Made by a program: the position numbers and the translations under genes. From assembly GCF_006345805.1 (NCBI RefSeq), contig NC_043015.1, positions 27,032,001-27,096,000 of the forward strand: a stretch of 64,000 nt of DNA. Reading direction: 5' to 3'. Origin of the DNA: Octopus sinensis (taxonomy: Eukaryota). Below are positions 14,441-25,511 of the stretch, one piece after another. How positions within the stretch are numbered: position 1 is the stretch's first letter; the number at the start of each line of letters is the position of its first letter. The notes below the pieces were generated by a model. That model made no database searches. It was not told the origin of the DNA and saw only the letters and a list, made by a program, of their open reading frames with translations.

Positions 14441-14569
14441 GGAGAATATGAATGAGTGGAAGTAGTGAGGTGTTGTATGACTTAAAGTTGGCACGTTATG
14501 GGTTATAGCTGTGATTGGGGCTGATTTTTAATGGATTCTTAGGAATGTAATATTTGCGTGTGTATTTGT

Positions 14570-15085
14570 GTTATTCTAAAGCCGAGGTGGATATATCGTT
14601 TTGCGTAGATCCGTTCAGAAGAGGTCTGTATTTTGTAAGAAAGAGAGTTTCTTTTACTTATTCGTTGGCTCGAGGTTGTATCGTCCCTGAATTGGTAGAG
14701 GGGGTAAATCCTGAAGCTTGGTGTTTTGTTGTTGGCGCAAATATCTATGTGTTGGCTGAATGCTATTTTTCTGTTTTGGGGAATTTTTATCTGGTATCTG
14801 TGCAGGGCCATTCTTTTACGCAAACTATTTTTTGTTTGGCCTATGTATTGCTCTTGACACCCAGAGTAGGTCAGTGTGTATATCAGGTTCTCCGAAGCAC
14901 ATGTGAAGTTGCTTTCCACCGTGAACCGTTGTCCCTGTTTGAAGGAGAACTCTGATCCCTCAATTAGATAATCGCATATCCCGCAATTGGGTCTTCCACA
15001 TCTTTTTTGCTGTCGGCTTCTGTGTTGATGAGCGTATTCGGGCTTGTGTTAGGAGATTTTCATAGATTTAGGCTGTCTCTTGCTT
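14570..15085 (-). mobile_element. Penelope-like element 3' fragment (Neptune-type Cys linker plus GIY-YIG endonuclease)
   Basis: Minus strand: KRQPKS..LTQAR..KRCGRPNCGICDYL..FTCASENLIYTLTYSGCQEQYIGQTKNSLRKRMALH..FSQH..KYRPLLN. Confidence 0.9.
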
Positions 15086-15486
15086 TTTATGATCGTGTGT
15101 GTTTGGAGGATTATCTTCATTCTGTGGTCTTTTTTTAGCAGTGGCATCCCACACCCCAACCTCGCATCCCCACACCCCAACACCACAAAACCACACCACC
15201 ACAGCATCCCGCACACTAGCACTAGCCACTTCCCAGCATCCACACAGCCACACATTACAGACGCACAAACGCACGCACACATCAACACGTCAAAGTCACC
15301 AGCCCCTATCTACACGCACACACTCTTATATACATACTCACGCGCATCTTCGTTTTGGGATCACTAATAATTTATTATATCCCCTTCTTACTAGCTCTCC
15401 AGTCTAACTACCTCTGTCCAGCCAGCCGCCATGATTGACTGCTAGCCCCTAAAGCTTTTTTTCTCTCCCTGTTTATTTTCTGCGTT

Positions 15487-15524
15487 CCTCTCTGTTGAAG
15501 AGCGTAGGCTCGAAACGTAAAAGA
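15487..15524 (+). ncRNA. Second copy of the CUGUUGA(A) hammerhead-like motif
   Basis: CTGTTGA-A-GAGC-GTAG-GCTC-GAAA-CG-TA-AAAGA. Stem II is perfect; stem I is decayed (cctct/aaaga). Confidence 0.55.
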
Positions 15525-15830
15525 CTTTCTCACCTTCCCGAGCGTTAAACTAATACAGCTGTTTATTCTTTATATACCTGTCTTCGTCTTTTGTTTTCCT
15601 GTAAATTCCAACTATATTATATATATATATAGAGAGAGAAGAGAATATATATATATACATACATATATATATATGGCTACACGCGGGTGGGAAGGGGCTG
15701 GTGACACAATCTTTTCATTCACGCATTGAATTTGGTGATACTAGTTGCGGATTCTAGCTCGCTCTGATACTGAGTTGAGTTGGTGCCTTCTAGTATCTCA
15801 AAATTCAATATATAATCATTTATGATTATA

Positions 15831-15937
15831 GTATTCTACGCTGAAGAGAAAAGAAGTTTTTGGTAGATAGAATTATTTAATATTTAATTCTTATGCTTTC
15901 CTAAAAACTTGATTTCGAAACGTTCGTCCGTAGATAC
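15831..15937 (+). ncRNA. Canonical type I hammerhead ribozyme with long stem II
   Basis: GTA(T)TCTACG/CGTAGATAC stem I; CTGAAGA; stem II GAAA/TTTC, AAGTTTTTGG/CTAAAAACTT and AGAATTA/TAATTCT; GAAA; stem III ACG-TT-CGT; GUC site at 15926-15928. Confidence 0.85.
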
Positions 15938-16117
15938 TTAAAATTGTATGATAGATTGCCGTCAATTCATTCTCTCTTACCTGTTTGTGTCTGCCTTCCA
16001 ATTGCTGTTTTTACTGAGATCTCCCTTTTTAGTAAAGAAATAGCTATAACTCTTTTGACTGCTATTTCTAATTCGGTATGTGGTAAGGCAATTCGTTGCT
16101 AAACCCTTTATTGCTTA

Positions 16118-16153
<36 letters not shown>

Positions 16154-16259
16154 GAGAGAGAGAGAGAGAGAGACAGAGAGAGACAGAGAGAGAGACAGAG
16201 AGAGAGACAGAGACAGAGACAGAGACAGAGAGAGAGAGAGAGAGACAGAGAGACAGAGA

Positions 16260-17292
16260 GACAGAGAGACAAGAGACACAAAGACACATACACTCACACC
16301 ATATATACGCACACACACGCCACACAGATACAGCCAACAGACATCGACACACATACGAACAAACACATACACACAAACGCACACGCAACACACTAACAAA
16401 CATTAACCACACACATACACACACACAAACAAATGTATACATATATATACACACACAAATACACACACACTCACACCATTCTGACCTCATACAGACACAC
16501 ATATACACAGGCAGCACCATGCCAAATGCCCATCACACACATACATACACACACACAAACACACACACACACACACACAACACCAAGACAATCACACAAA
16601 CGGTTGACAAACAGGCACACATATACACACACCATCCTACCAGATTTTACAAACACACAGACACATCTATTCACACCACATATGTTTATACACACACACA
16701 AAGACACACACACTCAAACCATCCTGACTTCTAAAGCCAAACCCCCAAATCATTGATGCTTGAAGGAGAGACAAAAAGGAGAAATTCTTTTCAGTTCCAC
16801 ATTACTCCTCTTTCCCCCCACCCAAACACACCTACAGTGTCCCTTGAAATAGATAATATCATTTTACGTTAACATGGTGGACAGGTCAGTTTTAGCTTCC
16901 CTACTATTATAATGTAAAGCTTTTTGAACTCATAATATTCTGTGTGTGTATACTAATATTCCACTGAACTTTTTAATAATTCCTTCTGGAAACTATCGTT
17001 AACATTTTTCTTGAGATTGATTATTTATGTTGTAATCTTTTGTGCCCAATATTTTAAGGAACTTGTTAAACTTTTTTATGTCCTTAACATGTCCTTGTTA
17101 CCAAAGACTGTATATATGCAATGTAGCATTTTGTAACAACCAATAATTAACGCAACCAAACTTCTACATGTTACTTTTGACAATCTTTTTCCAAAGAGTG
17201 AACCGGTAAAGTAAATAAACATCTTTTAAAATTGCTTTTCAAACCTTCTTCCGTATATATTTCCACTCGTGCGGTACCCTACAACTCCACTT
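16260..17292 (-). repeat. Dispersed repeat of unknown class; inverted paralog of 37421-39840
   Basis: 16741-17292 is the reverse complement of about 38590-38850 joined to 37421-37720; the CA-rich part matches the TG-rich units at 38.9-39.8 kb. Confidence 0.8.
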
Positions 17293-17312
17293 ATATTATA
17301 TTATATATATAT

Positions 17313-17379
<67 letters not shown>

Positions 17380-17484
17380 TAATGAATGCAGTATATCTAT
17401 TTTGGGGGCTACTAATAGTTTCATACGATGAAAACTACAGAGACAATATTTTATAACACTTTGGTGCCCTCATGTAATCTTCAG

Positions 17485-17553
<69 letters not shown>

Positions 17554-18442
17554 TTGTGTGTATGTATGTATGTATTTTGTTTAGGGCTGGAAGTAAATTC
17601 TTTAAAAAGTAGGACATCGAAGATCCACCTGAAATTGTCGAAGCCACAAAGTGAAGCAGAAAATGCAACAACAGAGAATTTGCAAAAGGATTCTTCTAAA
17701 AGCTAAGAATGGCTGCTGACTGTCAGAAAAGGAATGGTTCAACGTGTAATCTTGCCGAAAACTGCAAGGTGCAATTTTGAACACCCGCTCGTGGTAATAC
17801 TGCTGAGATTGTTATTGTTTTTCTTACTAATCATTCTGGTTGTTGTTTAATAACTTCCGTCAGAGAAGAAAGAACTACTCTCATCCTCTTTCTCATTTCC
17901 ACTATGCCGGATTGTAAGAAGCAAATTCCTCGCTCGCCTCTAATAAAATAAAATGTCGTGATGTCCCAAGCTGCAGATTCAGAGAAAGAAAAAAATCGTA
18001 TTCTACCTGCACCCCGTTCATGGTTAATATATTTATCGACACCGAAATGGAAAAGTTGATCGCTAAGGAATTTGAACACAGAGAGCTGGAACTTAGAACA
18101 AATACAGCAAGTAATACTACGCGACTCTCCAGATATTCTACGAATACATTCATTGCATGAAAGTAGAATTTTATCAATGAGAATTTAGAGATGGGCCCAG
18201 CTTAATGAATAATTTTCATTAAAAATATTGAATTATATCAATACTTATGTATAAACAATGTGTGTACATGCTTGAACAGGTGCGTGTGTATGTCCATATG
18301 AATTCATATATACGCCAGTGTATGTAAACATGTCTATGTATATGTGTGTATATGTGTGTATGTATGTTTATACATACATGCATACATATATATATATAAA
18401 CATTGACATATGTATGTCTCTGCATATATATATATGTATGTT

Positions 18443-18536
<94 letters not shown>

Positions 18537-19062
18537 CATACATATATATATATGTACATACATATATTCATATATGTATATTTCCATACAAATATGTGCA
18601 TATACATATACGCACGCACTCTCCCGCGTGCGTGTGTGTGTGTTATCACTAGGCAAGCGTAGGCCTACCTAATTTTCCAAAACCCAAAAACAAAGCAACT
18701 TAAATCTACTTTTATTCATTAAATGTAGAAAAGGTAATGAAGGCCATAGAGTACAAATGCCAAGTTGAACCTCGTATCCTCCACTTTGCCTTTCGCTCTC
18801 ATTAATTTACAGTTAAAATATTTCACATTAAAGAAACCAATTACCAAATTGATTTATGAAACATGAACGGAATTATAGAAATATATAACAGAAATAGAGT
18901 TTGCAATTATTATGCATTTTTCCTATACACATATACGTGTCTGTGTGTCTCCGTATAGTATCTGTCTCTGTGTACATATACATACATCCATACATGTATA
19001 TACATGTATATACACACCACACACACACACACATATATATATACATATATATATATATAATA

Positions 19063-19140
<78 letters not shown>

Positions 19141-19155
19141 TATATATATATATAC

Positions 19156-19484
19156 ATAAAATATTATTAGAGACAAAACCACTATTTTGCAAAACAAACA
19201 AGGAAAGACTAATCAATACATAAAATTTTAATAAATAGTCAAAAAAACCGCCACTACAATCGTTTCTTGTCTTGATCGACAATCTTCAGGTGGACTTCCA
19301 ATAATTCAGTTACAAATTATGAATTTGTAACTGAATTATTGGAAGTCCACCTGAAGATTGTCGATCAAGACAAGAACGATTGTAGTGGCGGTTTTTTTGA
19401 CTATTTATTAAAATTTTATGTATTGATTAAGTCTTTCCTTGTTTGTTTTGCAAAATAGTGGTTTTGTCTCTAATAATATTTTAT
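19156..19484. repeat. Near-perfect 329-bp palindrome carrying a hammerhead in each arm
   Basis: Arms of about 163 bp around a 3-nt loop (19319-19321). Confidence 0.92.
19251..19293 (-). ncRNA. Minimal type I hammerhead ribozyme (intact arm)
   Basis: CCAC CTGAAGA TTGTC-gatcaa-GACAA GAAA C-gatt-G TA GTGG. The plus-strand twin at 19347-19388 has GAAC (one A missing). Confidence 0.85.
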
Positions 19485-20312
19485 AATATTTTACTATAAA
19501 ATTGGATTTAATCCTAAATCTGATTTTTTTCCCTGTAAATTTGGATTTATTCCCTAATATTTATTATATATATACATATATATATATATTATATATATAA
19601 TATATATACATATATATATATATATACTAGCAGTATCGCCCGGCGTTGCTCGGGTTTGTAAGGGAAATAATTATATAAGCATTTTTAGAGATGTAAAGTA
19701 TAATAGCCATCTCAATATGGCTAACCACAAAGGGGGAGGGGTGTTACTGTAGCTTTTTACGTTCTTAGATTTAATAATAAATTTTAGAGAGATACTTCCC
19801 TTATATATGTCAAAAATGGATTAAAAATGGGAAAAATTGATGGTAAATTTTTTTTTAAATCGTAGACTCATCGTAGACGCGCGCTAATACCCAGACGGTC
19901 TCGATATGAATCACGACTTTAAGATACCCGGTTTTGGTTAAACTGCACCGCAAAATGTGGGAGTAATTAGGAATCTAAATCGTAGGAGACAGACACACAA
20001 CCTCACTTTTATATATAAAGATTTCCTCTATTTACATAATATTGAGGTCTCTTTCTTTCTTTTGTTATCTTACTGTTTTTACCAATATACATATATATAT
20101 ATATAAATATATATATTAGTTACAGAGATGTACTTGCATAGCAAGTGACTTGATCTGAGATCGTGTGCTGGAACGAAAACAGTTGCAACGTTGAAGGTGT
20201 TTATAAGCCATTTAAGAAACACACAAAAACCGTTAGATTCACTTCAACATTTAAATTAAATTTGTCAAAATATTTTCGTCGCTTTGAGACCGCGACCTGT
20301 TGGCACGATATT

Positions 20313-20363
20313 TTTGTCAGTGAACAGGTCGCGGTCTCAAGGCGACGAAAATATTTTGGCAAA
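20313..20363 (+). ncRNA. Type I hammerhead-like motif with G3-C8 core (GUGAACA)
   Basis: TTTGTCA/TGGCAAA stem I (TGACAAA in the inverted arm); GTGAACA+G; GTCGC/GCGAC stem II; GAAA; palindromic AATATT stem III; UUU site. Duplicate at 23196-23246. Confidence 0.65.
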
Positions 20364-20586
20364 TTAAATTTAAATGTTGAAGTGAATGTAACGGTTTTTG
20401 TGTGTTTCTTAAATGGCTTACAAACACCTTCCACGCTGCAATATATATATATACACACATATATATATATGTATGTATGTATGTGTGTATATGTGTATGC
20501 ATGTATGTGTGTGTGTGTGCGTGTCTGTGCTTGTGATTGTCCTCCACCACTGCTTGACAACGAATGTTGGTTTGTTTACATCCCTG

Positions 20587-21242
20587 TATTTCTACCAGGT
20601 CTAGCTACCATGTAGAGGTCCCCCTCATTGGCTCATATATATATACATACATTAGACAGCAAGTTGTGATTTGAGGGAGATTTGGCTGCTGTTTCTACCA
20701 GGTCTGTTAGGCCTTCTCATGTAAACTCAAGCTTTCTCATGCCTTGAACATAAGACCAAAGCAGAGAATGTATTCTTTTATTCTTCTGCTTTTTCCAGCC
20801 ATTGGTCTGTGGCCATGCTGGGGCAATGCCTGAAGAATTGTAGTTTAATGAATCAAACCACTTTTATTTTTGTAAGCATTGTACTTATTCTATCTGTTTC
20901 CTTTGTCAAACCAGTGGTTGACAAAGGAAACAGATAGAATAAGTACAATGCTTACAAAAATAAAAGTGGAGTTGATTCATTAAACTACAATTCTTCAAGG
21001 CATTGCCCCAGCATGGCCACAGACCAATGGCTGGAAAAAGCAGAAGAATAAAAGAATACATTCTCTGCTTTGGTCTTATGTTCAAGGCATGAGAAAGCTT
21101 GAGTTTACATGAGAAGGCCTAACAGACCTGGTAGAAACAGCAGCCAAATCTCCCTCAAATCACAACTTGCTGTCTAATGTATGTATATATATATGAGCCA
21201 ATGAGGGGGACCTCTACGTGGTAGCTAGACCTGGTAGAAATA
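20587..21242. repeat. About 655-bp fold-back inverted duplication through a SINE 3' half
   Basis: 20587-20913 is the reverse complement of 20915-21242; the paralogous SINE at about 23400-23620 is uninterrupted. Confidence 0.85.
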
Positions 21243-21498
21243 GCAGCCAAATTTCCCCCAAATCACACCTTACTGTCTTATCTATGTATATATGTATGTA
21301 TGAGCCTATGATGGAGACCCCTACATGGCAGCTAGACATGGTAGAAATAGCAGCCAAATCTCCCTCAAATCACACCTTACTGTCTTATCTTTCTGCTACT
21401 TGGATATAGGTGTTATATTCGTCGTAAAAAACTTTCCTGTCACACACTCACGCACACACACACACACACACACACACGCACCCTCACACACACACGCG

Positions 21499-21529
<31 letters not shown>

Positions 21530-22098
21530 ACACGCACGTTAGCTTACACTTTTATTTATATATTTGCGTGTCTATGTGTGGAAAGAGGAAGTGGGAGGCA
21601 GTGAAAGAATCACTCACTACAGTAAGTGAATTACTTTCATTTTATTCGTTGCCCACTGTGTGTGTGCGTTTTTGCGTGTGGTGTAAACCAGACTAAGAAA
21701 AGCATTTGACACACACACCAGAATGTGAGTTTTCTGTAAATTTTGCTTAATTGGAGTTTAAATTTTAAAAACTGGACCTGGCATGACGCGATGCATTGTA
21801 CTCTTAAAAATGCTAGGTAAGACCTCTACATGGTAGCTAGACCTGGTAGAAATAGCAGCAAAATTTCCCCCAAATCACACCTTACTGTCTTATCTGTGTA
21901 TATATGTATGTATGAGCCTATGAGGGAGACCCCTACATGGCAGCTAGACATGGTAGAAATAGCAGCCAAATCTCCCACAAATCACACCTTACTGTCTTAT
22001 CTTTCTGCTACTTGGATATAGGTCTTATATTCGTCGTAAAAAACTTTCCTGTCACACACTCACGCACACGCACACACACACACACACACGCACCCTCA

Positions 22099-22131
<33 letters not shown>

Positions 22132-22430
22132 TCACACACACGCACGTTAGCTTACAATTTTATTATTTATATATTTGCGTGTCTATGTGTGGAAAGAGGA
22201 AGTGGGAGGCAGAGTGAAAGAATCACTCACTACAGTAAGTGAATTACTTTCATTTTATTCGTTGCCCACTGTGTGTGTGCGTTTGCGTGTGGTGTAAACC
22301 AGACTAAAAAAAGCATTTGACACACACACCAGAATGTGAGTTTTCTGTAATTTTTGCTTAATTGGAGTTTAAATTTTAAAAACTGGACCTGGCCATGACG
22401 CGATGCATTCTACTCTTAAAAATGCTAGGT
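21210..22430. repeat. 612-bp tandem duplication; third copy at about 23628-24235
   Basis: ggtagctagacctggtagaaatagcagc occurs near 21220, 21832 and 23639. Confidence 0.9.
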
Positions 22431-22511
22431 AAATTGTAATTGAAGAAATCCTATATGTAGATTTCTATAACTCCCAAAGGGAGGCAGATAAAATCTGCCT
22501 TTTATATAAGA

Positions 22512-23906
22512 CTAGCAGTATCGCCCGGCGTTGCTCGGGTTTGTAAGGGAAATAATTATATAAGCATTTTTAGAGATGTAAAGTATAATAGCCATCTCAA
22601 TATGGCTAACCACAAAGGGGGAGGGGTGTTACTGTAGCTTTTTACGTTCTGAGATTTAATAATAAATTTTAGAGAGATACTTCCCTTATATATGTCAAAA
22701 ATGGATAAAAATGGGAAAAATTGATGGTAATTTTTTTTTTAAATCGTAGACTCATCGTAGACGCGCGCTAATACCCAGACGGTCTCGATATGAATCACGA
22801 CTATAAGATACCCGGTTTTGGTTAAACTGCACCGCAAAATGTGGGAGTAGTTAGAATCTAAATCGTAGGAGACAGACACACAACCTCACTTTTATATATA
22901 AAGATTTCCTCTATTTACATAATATTGAGGTCAAATTCTTTCTTTTGTTATCTTACTGTTTTTACCAATATACATATATATATTATATATAATATATATA
23001 TAGTTACAGAGATGTACTTGCATAGCAAGTGACTGGATCTGAGATCGTGTGCTGGAACGAAAACAGTTGCAGCGTTGAAGGTGTTTATAAGCCATTTAAG
23101 AACACACAAAAACCGTTAGATTCACTTCAACATTTAAATTAAATTTGTCAAAATATTTTCGTCGCTTTGAGACCGCGACCTGTTAGCACGATATTTTTGT
23201 CAGTGAACAGGTCGCGGTCTCAAAGCGACGAAAATATTTTGGCAAATTAAATTTAAATGTTGAAGTGAATGTAACGGTTTTTGTGTGTTTCTTAAATGGC
23301 TTACAAACACCTTCCACGCTGCAATATATATATAACACACATATATATATATGTATGTATGTATGTGTGTATATGTGTATGCATGTATGTGTGTGTGTGT
23401 GCGTGTCTGTGCTTGTGATTGTCCTCCACCACTGCTTGACAACGAATGTTGGTTTGTTTACATCCCTGTCACCTAGTGGTTTGACAAAAGAAACAGATAG
23501 AATAAGTACAATGCTTACAAAAATAAAACTGGAGTTGATTCATTAAACTACAATTCTTCAAGGCATTGCCCCAGCATGGCCACAGAGCAATGGCTGGAAA
23601 AAGCAGAAGAATAAAAGAATTGAGGGGGACCTCTACATGGTAGCTAGACCTGGTAGAAATAGCAGCAAAATTTCCCCCAAATCACACCTTACTGTCTTAT
23701 CTATGTATATATGTATGTATGAGCCTATGAGGGAGACCCCTACATGGCAGCTAGACATGGTAGAAATAGCAGCCAAATCTCCCTCAAATCACACCTTACT
23801 GTCTTATCTTTCTGCTACTGGGATATAGGTGTTATATTCGTCTAAAAAACTTTCCTGTCACACACTCACGCACACAACACACACACACCACACACACGCA
23901 CCGTCA

Positions 23907-23937
<31 letters not shown>

Positions 23938-24314
23938 CTCACCACACGCACGTTAGCTTACAATTTTTTTATTTATATTTGCGTGTCTATGTGTGGAAAG
24001 AGGAAGTGGGAGGCAGAGTGAAAGAATCACTCACTACAGTAAGTGAATTACTTTCATTTTATTCGTTGCCCACTGTGTGTGTGCGTTTGCGTGTGGTGTA
24101 AACCAGACTAAGAAAAGCATTTGACACACACACCACGAATGTGAGTTTCTGTAAATTTTGCTTAATTGGAGTTTAAATTTTAAAAACTGGACCTGGCATG
24201 ACGCGATGCATTGTACTCTTAAAAATGCCAGGTAAATTGTAATTGAAGAAATCCTATATTGTAGATTTGTATAACTCTCCCAAGGGAGGCAGATTAAATC
24301 TGCCTTTTATAATA

Positions 24315-24317
<3 letters not shown>
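22512..24317 (-). mobile_element. Composite non-autonomous Helitron, unit 2 (head-to-tail with unit 1)
   Basis: A|TCTTATTATAAAAGGCAG at 24317, internal 5' end at 22904, hairpin plus CTAG at 22512-22515 joined directly to the TC of unit 1. Confidence 0.8.
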
Positions 24318-24361
<44 letters not shown>

Positions 24362-24386
24362 ACATATATATATATATAATATATAG

Positions 24387-24417
<31 letters not shown>

Positions 24418-24483
24418 GGTCCGGGTTGATCCGGGGTTAACCACAGTAAGTAAGGTACTCAATACATAGCAGAGTAAAATTAA

Positions 24484-24613
24484 TTTATTATATAGAAGGA
24501 GCTTCTACAGGACTAGTACTGTTCTCATTCAAGAGAAATCTTCATGAGCTTCCTGAAGATTTCTCTTGAATGAAACAGTACTAGTCCTGTAGAAGCTCCT
24601 TCTATATAATAAA
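24484..24613. repeat. 130-bp palindrome folded back at the 5' strand of a hammerhead
   Basis: Arms 24484-24544 and 24554-24613. Confidence 0.9.
24546..24598 (+). ncRNA. Type I hammerhead ribozyme
   Basis: GAGCTTC/GAAGCTC stem I; CTGAAGA; stem II tTTC-tctt-GAAt with a U-U first pair; GAAA; ACAG-tactagtc-CTGT stem III; GUA site. Confidence 0.8.
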
Positions 24614-24628
24614 ATAAAATATATATAT

Positions 24629-24659
<31 letters not shown>

Positions 24660-24776
24660 CATATAATAATAGAAATAATATAAGGGAATAAATCCAAACT
24701 TACAGGGAAGAATTAGATTTAGGATTAAATCCAATAGTATAAACATATTATATTATATGATATTATCTCTAATATA

Positions 24777-24810
<34 letters not shown>

Positions 24811-25411
24811 AAATTTAATATGTTCAATAAGAAATAATTATTTTCGAAATTTTTTCTCTTATGAGGTTTTCACGCGCAATCTACCTGACAATTTCTTGTT
24901 AAGTTTTCCTTATTAAGTAGTTGTCCTTATTGCTAAATTTTTATTCCGAAAAAACTTTTCCTTTCCCGAAATGCAATTCGTAAAAGTATGCCATTTACAG
25001 GATGTAATATATGTAAACTCACCCATGTGCTTCGTTGATGTTGATCAGTTAGCTGATCGGCTTAAGCGGGACAGGGTCGTTTATTTATGATACATTCAGG
25101 CCTGCTGATGAATACGTAAGTATGAAATCACTGTGATACAGGTCTATATTTTTTAAATGTCTTACTTTGAAAAATTGCATTCGGTGGGATTAGTAATATT
25201 TTTGGTAGAAATGACTAATTGTCCCTCTTAGCGTGTGGCATGTATGTATAATGCCCTCTGGTATGTATGTATAATGCCCTCTATATATAAATTAATATGT
25301 TCAATAAGAAATAATTATTTTCGAAATTTTTTCTCTTATGAGGTTTTCACGCTATCTACCTGACGATTTCTTGTTAAGTTTTCCTTATTAAGTAGTTGTC
25401 CTTAATTGCTA
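24811..25411 (+). mobile_element. HHR-bearing non-autonomous retroelement with about 125-bp terminal direct repeats (period about 477 bp)
   Basis: 24811-24935 is repeated at 25289-25411, with a single HHR between and (TA)n on both sides. Confidence 0.7.
25098..25145 (+). ncRNA. Canonical type I hammerhead ribozyme
   Basis: AGGCCTG/CAGGTCT stem I; CTGATGA; ATAC-GTAA-GTAT stem II; GAAA; ATCA-CTG-TGAT stem III; AUA site at 25136-25138. Confidence 0.88.
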
Positions 25412-25511
25412 TATATATATATATATATATATATATACTCTTTTACTCTTTTACTTGTTTCAGCCATCCGGCTGAGGCCATGCTGGGGCACCGCCCTTGT
25501 TGCTACCCCCT

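Larger units (their letters stand above)
19627..22511 (-). mobile_element. Composite non-autonomous Helitron, unit 1 (nested internal 5' end at 20021)
   Basis: Minus strand begins TCTTATATAAAAGGCAG (22511) and ends with a GC hairpin (19639-19654) and CTAG|T (19627-19630). A second A|TCTTTATATATAAAAG 5' end lies at 20021. Confidence 0.8.

Noticed and set aside
17990-18160. PFMVNIFIDTEMEKL...RYSTNTF as a decayed RT motif B/C
   Set aside because: No YxDD and the spacing is too long; the resemblance may be chance.
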